This document shows, piece after piece, positions 51,948 to 62,458 of a stretch of DNA of 64,000 bases; position 1 is the stretch's first letter, and every line of letters begins with the position of its first letter. The DNA comes from an uncultured Verrucomicrobiae bacterium (GTDB taxonomy: Bacteria > Verrucomicrobiota > Verrucomicrobiia > Chthoniobacterales > JAFAMB01): positions 64,001 to 128,000 of the forward strand of contig CAVXLD010000012.1 in NCBI GenBank assembly GCA_963762565.1, written 5' to 3'. Below the pieces are notes generated by a model that made no database searches, was not told where the DNA came from, and saw nothing but the letters and a program-made list of their open reading frames with translations. The translations under genes were made by a program, and so were the position numbers.

Positions 51948-53062
51948 TAGAAACTCTTCGATTGAATCTGTTCAACCAGGTATTCGGCAAATGCATCGGA
52001 GTAAATTTCTGCACCCGGTTGCTGCAGGTGAAGCTGATCGTACCAGAGGGCCGGCGAATTAAGTTCCTCCATCAGCGGCGTTCCTTGGCCGTCAAAAAAC
52101 AGGGCGTGGCTTACTTGGAGCCGCTTCCAAACATTGTAATCCGCGTTCGCTTTCGACCAGCTGGGAAAACCGAAATAGCACTCAGACGTCTGCAAGCCCC
52201 CAAGCAATTTGCGGAAGTCACTGTCCCTTTTCCTCTGCCAGGCCAGGTTCTTTTTGAACGACGATATGAGCCGCTGATCTAACACTGAGTCCTGGACAGA
52301 CGAGAGAGAGCCCTGCGGCGCGAAATCAGGGCTCTGGACCACATTCGGGACGTACGGATTCGTTGCTGCCGGCGGGGGTAGTTCCTGCATCCTAGGTACA
52401 TAACCAACGTGGAAAAGATTAAATAGCCCGCACCCAACAAGCTCCGTGAGAACCGTATGTTCCCGGACCCATTCTATCGGGTGATATTTGAGGGCCAGCC
52501 AAGAGAAAACCATGGGAAGGTTGGCCGGAGTAAGATACCGGAGGGATCGACCGGTGGTCCCGTTTCTCAGGAAATTGTTCACAGGGTTTCGATCGTACCC
52601 AAGCTCAACTTCGTGACAGAGGACTAGCTTTGCCCGGCGAAGAGCATCAAGCTGGTCCGGTCGCAAAGCGTCGACGAACTCCTTTAGAAACTCGTATCTT
52701 TCAGCGTGGTTCGCGCCGGCGGCAGAGAGTTGAATCACCACTGCGGGAATACCGTGTTGAACGAGCACAGTCTGCACGCGTTCGCCGTCAAACCCGTTCC
52801 AGGTCAGACTGCTTCCTTCAACGACGAAAACGTACTTGATTCCCGTCAATGCTTGCTTGTCCAGCTTCCGCGTCGCCTGTAAGACCAAACCGGGAGCGGG
52901 CGAATCCGGGTAGGATTTCGGCAGCGGCATCGACAGATTGACGACGACGAGCCAAAGCCCGAGCGGTATCAGCAGGCTATACCAACGCGGCATTCGCCCG
53001 GGCGACACCCGGATTGCGGCTAACGCAATCAACAAGACGCATCCGACCAGCGGCGACATCAT
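51947..53062 (-). CDS. SGNH/DltD-like periplasmic partner of the MBOAT
   Basis: N-terminal TM, block-I-like EGSS, block-V-like WYDQLHL (DxxH); 1-nt overlap with MBOAT start. Confidence 0.65.
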   Translation of the reverse strand: MMSPLVGCVLLIALAAIRVSPGRMPRWYSLLIPLGLWLVVVNLSMPLPKSYPDSPAPGLVLQATRKLDKQALTGIKYVFVVEGSSLTWNGFDGERVQTVLVQHGIPAVVIQLSAAGANHAERYEFLKEFVDALRPDQLDALRRAKLVLCHEVELGYDRNPVNNFLRNGTTGRSLRYLTPANLPMVFSWLALKYHPIEWVREHTVLTELVGCGLFNLFHVGYVPRMQELPPPAATNPYVPNVVQSPDFAPQGSLSSVQDSVLDQRLISSFKKNLAWQRKRDSDFRKLLGGLQTSECYFGFPSWSKANADYNVWKRLQVSHALFFDGQGTPLMEELNSPALWYDQLHLQQPGAEIYSDAFAEYLVEQIQSKSF

Positions 53063-53199
53063 TGGTACAATCCTGGACAATGGCGAGCCGGGTCAAACTG
53101 CATGCGATATGGATTAGCAGGAAGCAAAGCGCGAGCAAGTAAGAGCTAGCCCCTCGGCCAGCATTTGCTCAAACGGGGAACGTGCACTCACAAGGCGCT

Positions 53200-53372
53200 T
53201 CGTTCTCGTCCTCGTCGTCCTTCCGACTTCGCCAACGCCTGGTTGTGGAGCGCGCCTCGCTTGCGAGGCCGACTTCGAGCGGTTGGCAACATAGAGCATA
53301 GGCTTCGTCGGACAGGCTGTCCTCGAATCCGGCCACGCGGAGTAATGGAGTGCGGGAGTGTTGGAGTACTGC
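53200..53372. repeat. Composite intergenic repeat (family F)
   Basis: cgttctcgtcctcgtcgtcc..ccgacttcgcc..gcttcgtcggacaggc..cgaatcc..ggagtaatggagtgcgggagtgttggagtactgcg; related to 25790-25845 and 12266-12370. Confidence 0.7.
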
Positions 53373-53458
53373 GCAAAGTCCGAAAAGCACCCGCGTAGCG
53401 GGTTGGAGATACCGAAGGAGCATCATCTTTATAGAACGCCACCTCGCGCTGCCGCCAA

Positions 53459-53607
53459 TGCGTCAACATGACGCAGGCCTCACCCGCCGTGTTTCGCTGT
53501 TGTGACAGCTTGACGCATCGCCAAAGGAGCTACGCAACATCAAATCGGCGCACGTCATTGACTATCAATCACTTATAACTATCGAATGCCATTGGCACGC
53601 CTCAAGC
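53459..53607 (+). promoter_or_regulatory. Sigma54-type promoter with IHF site and two enhancer-like palindromes
   Basis: TGGCACG-CCTC-AAGC (GG-N10-GC) 53593-53607; WATCAANNNNTTR match TATCAATCACTTA 53563-53575; TGCGTCA-N3-TGACGCA 53459-53475 and TGTGACA-N3-TGACGCA 53501-53517. Confidence 0.7.
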
Positions 53608-53658
53608 TCCTCCTCTACAGCGTAAGAAATGAAGGTTTTCCAAAGGAGGTTTAAACCC

Positions 53659-54120
53659 ATGAATATAATCCGTTATCACAACAATGGTCGGTCCCTTGCG
53701 CAGGCTTTCGACCGTTTCGCCGCCCTTCGCGATGAAATGGATCGCTTGTTCGATAGCTCGTTTGGCCCAGCCTTTCGCGCGCCCGGCTCTTTTAGCCGCT
53801 GGACTCCGGCTCTGGATGTCTATCAAGACAAAGACCAGTTCAGTGTGGTCGCCGAGTTGCCCGGCCTGAAGAAGGAGGACATCGAGCTTTCGCTGCATAA
53901 CGACGTTCTCACCATCTCGGGAGAGCGGAAGCAAGAGAAGCAGGGTGAAGAAGGCTACAGAAACGAGCGGTTCTTCGGCCGCTTCCAGCGCAGCGTTACG
54001 CTGCCGACCAGAGTCGCCAGCGATAAGGTGAAGGCAACTTATCAGGACGGGATCCTGAAGGTTGTGCTACCGAAAGCAGAAGAGGCTAAGCCGAAGCAAA
54101 TCGAAGTTTCCGTTGGCTAA
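53659..54120 (+). CDS. Hsp20/alpha-crystallin small heat shock protein
   Basis: AELPG, LTISGERK, ERFFGRFQRS, YQDGILKVVLPK; RBS AAAGGAGGT. Confidence 0.95.
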   Translation: MNIIRYHNNGRSLAQAFDRFAALRDEMDRLFDSSFGPAFRAPGSFSRWTPALDVYQDKDQFSVVAELPGLKKEDIELSLHNDVLTISGERKQEKQGEEGYRNERFFGRFQRSVTLPTRVASDKVKATYQDGILKVVLPKAEEAKPKQIEVSVG

Positions 54121-54176
54121 TGGGACGGAATGGGAGCCGAGCAGACTCTCGGCTCCAAACCAAAAGGACAACAAAC

Positions 54177-54554
54177 ATGAATATTGTCTCTCAAGAGAAC
54201 CACAAATCAGCTCAGCAGTCGACCGGGGAGAATGCCTACGTCACTCCGTTTGTTGATATCGAGTCGACCGACTCGGGCTACGTCCTTTACGCGGAGATCC
54301 CAGGGGTCAATCGCGAGGGTATCAAAATTACCGTTGAGGATGGTGATCTTGTGCTGATCGGGCAGCGGCAGCCGTTGAACGCGAGTGGCGAACCACTACA
54401 CCGCGAGATGCGCCAGCTGTCTTATCGCCGAGTTTACGAACTTGATCCGTCAATCGACGCGAACAGGATTTCGGCCAGTATTGAGCAGGGGATCTTGAAG
54501 GTGAATCTGCCGAAAGCCGAGAACCTGAAACCTCGACATATTACGCTCGAGTAA
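54177..54554 (+). CDS. Second Hsp20/alpha-crystallin protein
   Basis: PFVDI, AEIPGV, GILKVNLPK; preceded by hairpin ggagccgag..ctcggctcc and RBS AAAGGA. Confidence 0.92.
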   Translation: MNIVSQENHKSAQQSTGENAYVTPFVDIESTDSGYVLYAEIPGVNREGIKITVEDGDLVLIGQRQPLNASGEPLHREMRQLSYRRVYELDPSIDANRISASIEQGILKVNLPKAENLKPRHITLE

Positions 54555-54579
54555 AGGCGGCTTTTCTTCGCAAAGTGGC

Positions 54580-54610
54580 CCGTCCGGGAAATATCCCGGG
54601 CGGGTTTTTT
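54580..54610 (+). terminator. Rho-independent terminator of hsp20 operon
   Basis: ccgtccggga-aata-tcccgggcgg followed by gtttttt. Confidence 0.8.
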
Positions 54611-54632
54611 GCGTTCCTCAACGGCCCTCGCC

Positions 54633-54756
54633 GGGAGGGATCGCGTCCCGCGCGATCCGATTGTTACCGAACCTGAGGACGTGATGTTGATCGCGGACGA
54701 AAATACTCCCTGGATTGTGGCACGCCCTCGCGGCGCGCGGGGACGCGCGCCCTCCC
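54633..54756. repeat. ~124-bp REPIN-like element (family C)
   Basis: Homologous to 9057-9178. Confidence 0.85.
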
Positions 54757-54862
54757 GGATTTGCGCGCTGCGACCACCCTGATTCGCGGCTGCCGAAATA
54801 AATCCGCCACAATCTGCACGCTTGACCTATTACAACCCCCGTGCGAGTTGACTGATCAGTCA

Positions 54863-55834
54863 ATGAGAGCAGTTCGTATCCACAATTTTGGTGGTCCAGA
54901 AGTCTTTCAGCTCGACGAGGTTCCCCAGCCCGAACCAAGCGAGAACCAAGCTCTGGTCCGTGTCGTGGCAGCCGGAATCAATTTCGTCGACGTCTATCAA
55001 CGGACCGGCCTTTACAAGGTCCCGCTGCCTTACACTGGTGGGGTTGAAGCCTCTGGTACCGTAGAAAAAACCGGACCTGGATGCGATCTGGTTCCCGGAA
55101 GTCGAGTCGCCTGGGCGATGGCGCCGGGCGCTTATGCAGAGTACGCCTGCGTTCCGGCAGCGCGACTGGTGCCGATTCCCGACGGTGTCGCATTTGACGC
55201 CGCGGCGGCTGTGATGCTGCAAGGCATGACGGCGCATTATCTATCCGAAAGCACCTTCCCGGCCAAATCGGGTGACATCGCCTTAGTTCACGCTGGAGCA
55301 GGAGGAACAGGGCTGCTGTTAATTCAATTACTGAAGTTAAAAGGGGCTACGGTCTACACGACGGTCTCAACCGCGGACAAAGCCAAACTGGCTAAACAAG
55401 CCGGCGCTGACGAAACTATTCTTTACACATACGAAGATTTTGTGGCTCGGGTCAAAGAGCTGACGGGCGGCAAAGGGATCAACGTGGTTTACGATTCGGT
55501 TGGACTTCCGACCTATCAAGGCGGCCTCGAGGTGTTGCGGCCGCGCGGGATGTTAGTTCTATTCGGTCAGTCAGGCGGCAAGGTTCCACCGATCGATCCA
55601 ACCACTCTATTCGAGAAAGGCTCTCTCTTTTTGACCCGACCCAGCCTGGCTCACCACACTGCCGAGCGCCAAGAATTGCTTCATCGCGCGAGCACAGTTT
55701 TAGGGCTAGTACGCGACGGAAAGCTCCGTGTCCGAATCGACAGGCGCTACCCATTGCCCGAGGTCGCTCAAGCTCATCGCGATCTCGAATCCAGGGCCAC
55801 CACCGGCAAACTGATTGTCGACGTCGCCACCTAA
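54863..55834 (+). CDS. qor: NADPH:quinone oxidoreductase (MDR family)
   Basis: [46 protein letters not shown]. Confidence 0.92.
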   Translation: MRAVRIHNFGGPEVFQLDEVPQPEPSENQALVRVVAAGINFVDVYQRTGLYKVPLPYTGGVEASGTVEKTGPGCDLVPGSRVAWAMAPGAYAEYACVPAARLVPIPDGVAFDAAAAVMLQGMTAHYLSESTFPAKSGDIALVHAGAGGTGLLLIQLLKLKGATVYTTVSTADKAKLAKQAGADETILYTYEDFVARVKELTGGKGINVVYDSVGLPTYQGGLEVLRPRGMLVLFGQSGGKVPPIDPTTLFEKGSLFLTRPSLAHHTAERQELLHRASTVLGLVRDGKLRVRIDRRYPLPEVAQAHRDLESRATTGKLIVDVAT

Positions 55835-55880
55835 CCGCATCCAGGCGAATATTCTGGCGTCAGCCAGAATATTCGGCCAT

Positions 55881-55940
55881 AGCCTGCAACGCGGAGAAAG
55901 CCTTCAACGGATTTCTCCGCGTTGCAGGCTTTTGGTTTTC
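55881..55940 (+). terminator. Long hairpin plus T-tract between qor and recA
   Basis: 19-bp perfect stem agcctgcaacgcggagaaa / tttctccgcgttgcaggct, then tttggttttc. Confidence 0.6.
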
Positions 55941-55965
55941 CAAGTCTTGCTTTATAATCTGCGGA

Positions 55966-57009
55966 ATGGCTGCGAAAAACTCCGAGGTCGAGGCGGTCGA
56001 TCCCGTTCACACTGCGCGGAAGAAAAATTTGGAATTGGCGTTACAACAAATCGCCAAGGACTATGGCGAGGGCGCGATTATGCGGCTCGGCGATGACCGA
56101 ATTACCGCGATTGAAGTTATTCCGACTGGGAACATTCTGATAGATCGGGCGTTGGGCGTAGGCGGATTTCCGCGGGGCAGAGTCGTCGAGATTTTTGGGC
56201 CGGAATCGTCAGGTAAAACGACATTAACGTTGACCGTTATCGCGCAAGCACAACGGCAAGGCGGTCTTGCCGGGTTTATCGACGTCGAACATGCGCTGGA
56301 TCCGCAATATGCCCGGCGACTAGGCGTGAACCTGGATGACTTGTTGGTGTCTCAGCCGAGCTCAGGAGAGGAGGCGCTGCGGATCTGTGAAACGCTGATC
56401 CGTTCAAATGCGTTGGACGTGATCGTGATCGACTCGGTGGCGGCACTAGTGACCAAAGCTGAACTGGAAGGCGAAATCGGTGACGCCACGGTCGGAGCGC
56501 AGGCCCGCTTGATGAGCGCAGCTCTGCGAAAACTCACTGCTCTGATCGCAAAAGCCCGTACGTGTTGCATTTTTACGAATCAGATTCGGGAAAAGATCGG
56601 AGTCATGTTTGGTAATCCTGAGACAACACCAGGTGGAAAGGCTTTAAAATTCTATTCGAGCGTCCGCGTTGACATCCGGCGGATTAGCGCGATCAAGCAG
56701 ACCGATGGGACCGTCGTCGGCAACCGCACGAAAGTGAAGATCGTAAAGAACAAGGTAGCCCCTCCCTTCACTGAAGCCGAATTCGATATCATGTACAACG
56801 AGGGCATCTCGAATGTGGGGGCATTGCTCGATCTAGCCCTGGAAAAGAATATTTTGGAGAAGCGCGGTTCATGGATTTCGTACAAAGGGCAGCAACTCGC
56901 CCAAGGAAGAGATGCAGCTAAGGAGACATTGAAGGCAGATCGGAAACTTTACGCTGAGCTCGAAGAGACCGTTAAGGCCGCCTTGGACGGTGACGCTCAC
57001 AAGCATTAG
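55966..57009 (+). CDS. recA: Recombinase A
   Basis: [50 protein letters not shown]. Confidence 0.99.
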   Translation: MAAKNSEVEAVDPVHTARKKNLELALQQIAKDYGEGAIMRLGDDRITAIEVIPTGNILIDRALGVGGFPRGRVVEIFGPESSGKTTLTLTVIAQAQRQGGLAGFIDVEHALDPQYARRLGVNLDDLLVSQPSSGEEALRICETLIRSNALDVIVIDSVAALVTKAELEGEIGDATVGAQARLMSAALRKLTALIAKARTCCIFTNQIREKIGVMFGNPETTPGGKALKFYSSVRVDIRRISAIKQTDGTVVGNRTKVKIVKNKVAPPFTEAEFDIMYNEGISNVGALLDLALEKNILEKRGSWISYKGQQLAQGRDAAKETLKADRKLYAELEETVKAALDGDAHKH

Positions 57010-57127
57010 TCCTGCCCCGCTAATAAAGGCGCATTCATTTTTGAACGACCTAGCCGGCGGCAGCAGACACCATTCCGGCTACAGTAAGGCGTTCGCCGGC
57101 GATTCGTAAGACCACAGGCCACGAACC

Positions 57128-59791
57128 ATGACCAAGATTTTGATTCCAAAGACCGCTTTTGAAGTAAGACAGTCTTTTCTGGATTTCTTCCGGGAAAAGC
57201 AGCACACCATCGTCCCTTCCGCCAGCCTATTGCCGACTTCGCCGAACCTTCTGTTCACGAATGCCGGTATGAATCAGTTCGTACCTTATTTCTTAGGACA
57301 GGAAAAAGCGCCTTTTCGCCCGCCGCGAGCGGCTGATACGCAGAAGTGCATCCGGGCAGGCGGTAAGCACAACGATTTAGATGATGTTGGATTCGACACC
57401 TACCATCACACCTTCTTCGAGATGCTGGGGAATTGGAGTTTCGGCGACTATTTCAAGAAGGAAGCGATTGAATGGGCGTGGGAGCTTCTCGTGGAACGCT
57501 GGCAATTTCCGCCCAACCGGCTGTACGCGACCGTATACAGTCCTGATGCTGGAGACCCGGCTTCATTCGATGCAGAAGCGCACGAGAATTGGAGCGCGCT
57601 CTTTGCCCGAGCGGGCCTAGATCCGAATGTGCATGTCGTCTCCGGCAACAAAAAAGATAATTTCTGGATGATGGGAGAAACCGGTCCCTGTGGTCCGTGT
57701 TCGGAGATCCACTTCGACCTCACGCCGGATGGCGACAGCACGGGCCTGCTGGTGAATCAAGGGAGCGAACTCTGCAAGGAGATCTGGAACCTGGTTTTCA
57801 TTCAATTCAACGCCAACCCCGATGGCAGCTACTCCCCACTCCCAAAGCAACATGTCGATACCGGCATGGGTTTCGAGCGGGCGGCCGGCATCATCGAGTG
57901 CAGCAAAGGACTGCGAGACTTTTCCCGCCTTTGTTCCAATTACGAGAGTCAAGTCTTTAGGCCGATTTTCGAGACCATCAGCCAACTGAGCGGCACACGA
58001 TATCAAGCGACCTTGACGGCCAGCAGAAACAATCTCAGCCAGCAAGAAAAGATCGATGTCGCGTTTCGGGTCGTCTCCGATCACATTCGCACCCTTTGTT
58101 TTGCGATCGCGGACGGCATTATCCCGAGCAACACCGATCGAAACTATGTTATCCGAAGAATTTTGCGCCGGGCGGTCCTGTTTGGTCGCGACCTCGGGCT
58201 CGTTTCATCGGGTTTCCTGGCTAAGCTAGCACCGACAGTGGTAGCGGAATTTGGAGACGTCTTTCCGGAACTGACGGCGAACCGGGAAAAGATCATCCAA
58301 ATACTTGAAGACGAAGAAGCGCTCTTCAACCGGACGTTGGATCGCGGCCTTCGCATTTTCGAAGAGCACCTTGAAAAGGATCCTACCGGAGAATTCTCAC
58401 CAGAAACCGCGTTCACGTTGTATGACACATACGGCTTCCCGGTCGACCTGACTGAGGTTCTGGTGCGCGAACGTGGTCTAAAACTGGATTTGAAAGCAGT
58501 AGATCGGTTCCTGGACGCTCAGCGAGAGCGGTCCCGGGCGGCGCAAGAGAAGTCGATCGTGTCTGCGGCAGAGGAGTCGGTTCCCACCGAGTTCGTCGGT
58601 TTTTCTTCCACGGAATCGGAGGCTACAGCTGTGTCTGCAGTCTCGCAGAAAGGCGAGGTCTTAGTCGCGGTTGATCGATCTCCATTTTATGCGGAGATGG
58701 GCGGCCAAGTCAGTGACACCGGCGAGCTAATCACTTCGACCGGACGCAAACTGACGGTGAATGGCGTGGTGAAGCAAGGGAGAACATTTTACTTGAGTTT
58801 GCCCGGAGATTCGGACTTCCAGACTCCCGATCAGGTGAAACTCAAGATCGACCTGAAACGCCGCCGACTAATCGAGGCGAATCACACCGCGACTCATTTG
58901 CTGCACTGGGCTCTTCATCAAGTCATCGGCAAGGACGCCACCCAGAAAGGATCCTACGTTGGGCCGGAGCATTTGCGCTTCGATTTCAACAGTAACGCAC
59001 TTTCACCGGATCAAATCCGATCGGTTGAGCAGCTGGTGAACAAACAGGTGACGTTGGATGACGCGGTTACCTGGCGGGAGGTGCCCTACGATGAGGTTAA
59101 GCAGCGTCCCGATATCATGCAGTTCTTCGGCGAGAAATATGGAGAATCGGTTCGAGTGGTTCAGATCGGCGGCGGCGCTGGTCAATTGGATGGTTATTCG
59201 ATGGAGCTCTGTGGCGGAACTCACGTGCGCCGAACCGGAGAGATTGGTTTGTTTGTCATCGCCTCCGAAGGCGCTATCTCTGCGGGTGTCCGTCGGGTGG
59301 ACGCTTTGACTGGATTAACCGCCTTACAGCACTTGCGAGCCGAACTCGAGAAAGAGAGCAAACGAGCGGACGAGCTGCAGCAACAGCTACTCGACTTGCG
59401 GAAGAGCGTTGAGAAGGAGCGTTCCCAGGCGATGCAACGGGAGGCGGAACAATACCTGAGTAACTTCGATCTCCGATCAAGAAAGTTGGTCCAATCGATC
59501 GAAAACGTCACCGGCGATTTCCTCCAAGCGATTGCGGGCGCCCTTAAGACGAAGAAGTTTGACGGTCTGGCAGTGCTTTTCGGCAAACAACCCGACCAGA
59601 TTCACGTGCTCGCTTTTTGTGGTCCGTCCGTAATGAAGGATCAGCCTGCCGGCAAATTGGTGCAGGAGCTGACTGCGATTCTGAACGGTAAAGGAGGCGG
59701 AAAACCGGATTTGGCAAGAGGGGTAGGTAAGGACGTCTCCAAGCTGCCCGAAGCTCTGGCCAGAGCTCGTGAAATCGCTGCCAAGATTTGA
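57128..59791 (+). CDS. alaS: Alanine--tRNA ligase
   Basis: LFTNAGMNQF, HHTFFEMLGNWSFGDYFK, DTGMGFER, HTATHLL, ELCGGTH, GGGKP. Confidence 0.99.
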   Translation: MTKILIPKTAFEVRQSFLDFFREKQHTIVPSASLLPTSPNLLFTNAGMNQFVPYFLGQEKAPFRPPRAADTQKCIRAGGKHNDLDDVGFDTYHHTFFEMLGNWSFGDYFKKEAIEWAWELLVERWQFPPNRLYATVYSPDAGDPASFDAEAHENWSALFARAGLDPNVHVVSGNKKDNFWMMGETGPCGPCSEIHFDLTPDGDSTGLLVNQGSELCKEIWNLVFIQFNANPDGSYSPLPKQHVDTGMGFERAAGIIECSKGLRDFSRLCSNYESQVFRPIFETISQLSGTRYQATLTASRNNLSQQEKIDVAFRVVSDHIRTLCFAIADGIIPSNTDRNYVIRRILRRAVLFGRDLGLVSSGFLAKLAPTVVAEFGDVFPELTANREKIIQILEDEEALFNRTLDRGLRIFEEHLEKDPTGEFSPETAFTLYDTYGFPVDLTEVLVRERGLKLDLKAVDRFLDAQRERSRAAQEKSIVSAAEESVPTEFVGFSSTESEATAVSAVSQKGEVLVAVDRSPFYAEMGGQVSDTGELITSTGRKLTVNGVVKQGRTFYLSLPGDSDFQTPDQVKLKIDLKRRRLIEANHTATHLLHWALHQVIGKDATQKGSYVGPEHLRFDFNSNALSPDQIRSVEQLVNKQVTLDDAVTWREVPYDEVKQRPDIMQFFGEKYGESVRVVQIGGGAGQLDGYSMELCGGTHVRRTGEIGLFVIASEGAISAGVRRVDALTGLTALQHLRAELEKESKRADELQQQLLDLRKSVEKERSQAMQREAEQYLSNFDLRSRKLVQSIENVTGDFLQAIAGALKTKKFDGLAVLFGKQPDQIHVLAFCGPSVMKDQPAGKLVQELTAILNGKGGGKPDLARGVGKDVSKLPEALARAREIAAKI

Positions 59792-59905
59792 TCGCGGTCT
59801 AGCGCATCTCTACCGTATTGATCAACATTTCGCCCGGCTGATCGACGTGAATCCAAAAGAAAAGCGGTGAGCTTTGCTGCCTCTTTATGATACTCTCGGA
59901 CCAGC

Positions 59906-60295
59906 ATGAGGCAGGACGTAGAGAAGTTCATCCTTGATGGTGCTCGTCGGATAACGCCGGCGCACCTGAAGCGCCTCATTCGGCAGCTGCCCGAAATTCG
60001 GTTGGCCGCGACCCAGGTGACCGAATTTCCCCAGTTACCAGACCAAGTCGAATTCCTAGCTCAATTAATTGAAGATTTTTACTCGGGATTGAGCCCTGAC
60101 ATCCCGTACACTGCGATCGCCGAGGGAGCGTTCGCCCTCTCCTACCTGCGGAAAGGCATCGACATCATCCCTGACTCAATCTCCGGGGTCGGATATGCGG
60201 ACGACGCCGCGATCATCAACGTGGTGTTCGAGACTTATAAGCAGCCTTTTCTTGAACACGTTATTGGCCGCAAGTCCCGGGAGGAGACGTCCTGA
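59906..60295 (+). CDS. YkvA/DUF1232-family protein
   Basis: ALSYL..DIIPD..GVGYADDA motif. Confidence 0.85.
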   Translation: MRQDVEKFILDGARRITPAHLKRLIRQLPEIRLAATQVTEFPQLPDQVEFLAQLIEDFYSGLSPDIPYTAIAEGAFALSYLRKGIDIIPDSISGVGYADDAAIINVVFETYKQPFLEHVIGRKSREETS

Positions 60296-61701
60296 AACAA
60301 AAAACAGTTGAAAAGGCAACGAAACATTTTCATCGGTACGGACTTATCATCCGATCGCAAAATGTCGTTAGTACCTGCGTGGCGCTTGCGGTCTTCGGCT
60401 GGCTGAATCCTGCTACTTCAAACAGCGCCGAAGTCACGTTCGACGAAAGTGGCATCATCACTACCCCGATTGGTCCCGGAAACGCTCAAGCGGAGAGCGT
60501 GGCATTGCAGAAAGATGGAAAGATGGTCGTCGCCGGCTCGTTCTTTACACCCAAGATATCCGAGTTTGCGTTGGCACGCTTCAACACTGACGGCAGTCTT
60601 GACAGGACACTCGGCGGCTCGGGCAAGCTGACGACCGCGGTGGGCCAGCAATGCGCCGCAAAAGCAGTTGCGATCCAGAGTGACAACAAGATTGTGCTGG
60701 CGGGAACTGTATACGACGAAGCAAACAACTCGAACTTCGCATTGATGCGCTACAACCCAGACGGAACCCTCGACAAGAGCTTGAATGGCACAGGAAAGCT
60801 GAGCACCTCTGTCAGAACGGGCCGTAACGAAGCCAATGCCGTCGTGATCCAGAGCGACGGAAAAATCGTGGCCGCAGGGAAAGCAGCGGACGCCGGCAGC
60901 CAGTCAGGGTTTGCAGTCGTGCGCTATAATTCAGATGGCAGCCCGGACACCACGTTTGCAGGTACTGGCAAAGTGATCACTGAGATCGGTATTGGAGATT
61001 ACGCCAACAGCGTGGCACTGCAAAGTGATGGCAAAATCGTAGTTGCTGGCGATTCGTATAATTCCGAGCACCATTATGAGATTGCACTCGTCCGTTACAA
61101 TGCGGACGGGACGTTGGACACTACGTTCAACACCACCGGCAAGGTGACCATTTCGGTCCCTAGTGTCTCTGGCGTCGCCCTCTCATCGAAACGGGTGTTG
61201 ATAGAAAACGGCGCGAACGGTGTCGCCATCCAAAACGATGGAAAAATAGTCGTGGCAGGTTTCTGCTCCTCGAATGGCATAGAACAAATTGCGGTGGTGC
61301 GCTTTAATCCGGATGGGTCGCTCGACAGGACCTTCAACGGCACAGGCAAAGTGACTACCGCGATCGGCAAGGAAAGCAGAGCCAGCAGCGTTGCACTGCA
61401 GACTGATGACAAAATCATGGTTGCGGGGCTAAGCGCGACGGGCGGGAAGACGAGCTTCGCCCTGGCGCGCTACAATGCGGACGGAACGCTGGATAAGATG
61501 TTTAATGGCACTGGCAAAGTAGTTACTGCTATTGCAAACCAGCCAAGTTCAGGCTACGGCGGTTCTGGCCTGGCAGTGCAAGCAGACGGCAAGATCGTAG
61601 TGGTGGGCTACTGTTTCACCGGCAGCAAGAACTTTGCCGTAGCGCGCTATGACCAGAACGGAATACTCTCTACGAATCGTGCACGTCGGGCAGGCGAGTA
61701 G
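60292..61701 (+). CDS. Secreted delta-60-repeat beta-propeller protein
   Basis: Seven repeats of xALQxDGKIVVAG...ALxRYNxDGxLDxxFxGxG; start either CTG 60292 or GTG 60379. Confidence 0.88.
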   Translation: MKQKTVEKATKHFHRYGLIIRSQNVVSTCVALAVFGWLNPATSNSAEVTFDESGIITTPIGPGNAQAESVALQKDGKMVVAGSFFTPKISEFALARFNTDGSLDRTLGGSGKLTTAVGQQCAAKAVAIQSDNKIVLAGTVYDEANNSNFALMRYNPDGTLDKSLNGTGKLSTSVRTGRNEANAVVIQSDGKIVAAGKAADAGSQSGFAVVRYNSDGSPDTTFAGTGKVITEIGIGDYANSVALQSDGKIVVAGDSYNSEHHYEIALVRYNADGTLDTTFNTTGKVTISVPSVSGVALSSKRVLIENGANGVAIQNDGKIVVAGFCSSNGIEQIAVVRFNPDGSLDRTFNGTGKVTTAIGKESRASSVALQTDDKIMVAGLSATGGKTSFALARYNADGTLDKMFNGTGKVVTAIANQPSSGYGGSGLAVQADGKIVVVGYCFTGSKNFAVARYDQNGILSTNRARRAGE

Positions 61702-61747
61702 CCACGACAACGCTGCTGTGCCGGAGATAACGCACAGCTCTCGGAGA

Positions 61748-61822
<75 letters not shown>

Positions 61823-61948
61823 TTCATCGAGGAAGGTGTTCCGTTAACGCCAAACGCGGCCTTTTTCAACCATCTTTTCAGGCGCCGGGAGGTAGAATCG
61901 CGAGATCGAGCCGTCAGCGACTCCTTGATATTGAAGATAGTCAGGCCC

Positions 61949-62175
61949 CTACAAGCCAAGACGTCTCTCTTAAGGTATGCTCGACCGAAACCAGTCTTAA
62001 GCTGTCGTTCGCGCGCAACAGCTGAGGAAAGATATCCAGGCACGCCTCGTGACAACGCGACAGATGCCGCCAGAGTCGGTCCATTCCGCCGCGGCCATGA
62101 CAGACTATTGCGGTTCCTTAGCTAGCTGGGAGAACCAATCGTGAGCGCCAGGTTCCGGTCTTGGGACAATTCCAT
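61949..62175 (-). pseudogene. Decayed small GIY-YIG nuclease gene
   Basis: Pieces across frames: LTIGSPS*LRNR, HEACLD, AVARERQLKTGFGRAYLKR(R)LGL*. Confidence 0.6.
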
Positions 62176-62458
62176 CCCGATTTCGGAATCCTGATTGCCT
62201 CCTCCCTGCAAAACTTACTGCTTTACCTATCATCTCTAGACGAAATCCAGATGCTCATTTCTAGGGGGAGAACAGTTCACCTCAACAAATAACCTGTTTA
62301 CTAACTGGATTCAGGCATTCGACTTGCTTAACAAGATAATTCCTCGGGTCGTTAATCCCGCGTATAGCGCTAAGTTAAGGCCTATGCTCTTGACCCAGCG
62401 CCGCGTTTTGCTCAGGATAACTTAAAGGTCGCATGGAGGGGACAATTCGGAGAACCTC

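Noticed and set aside
55835..55965. Canonical LexA box at recA
   Set aside because: Neither CTGT-N8-ACAG, GAAC-N4-GTTC nor TGTTC-N4-GAACA was seen.
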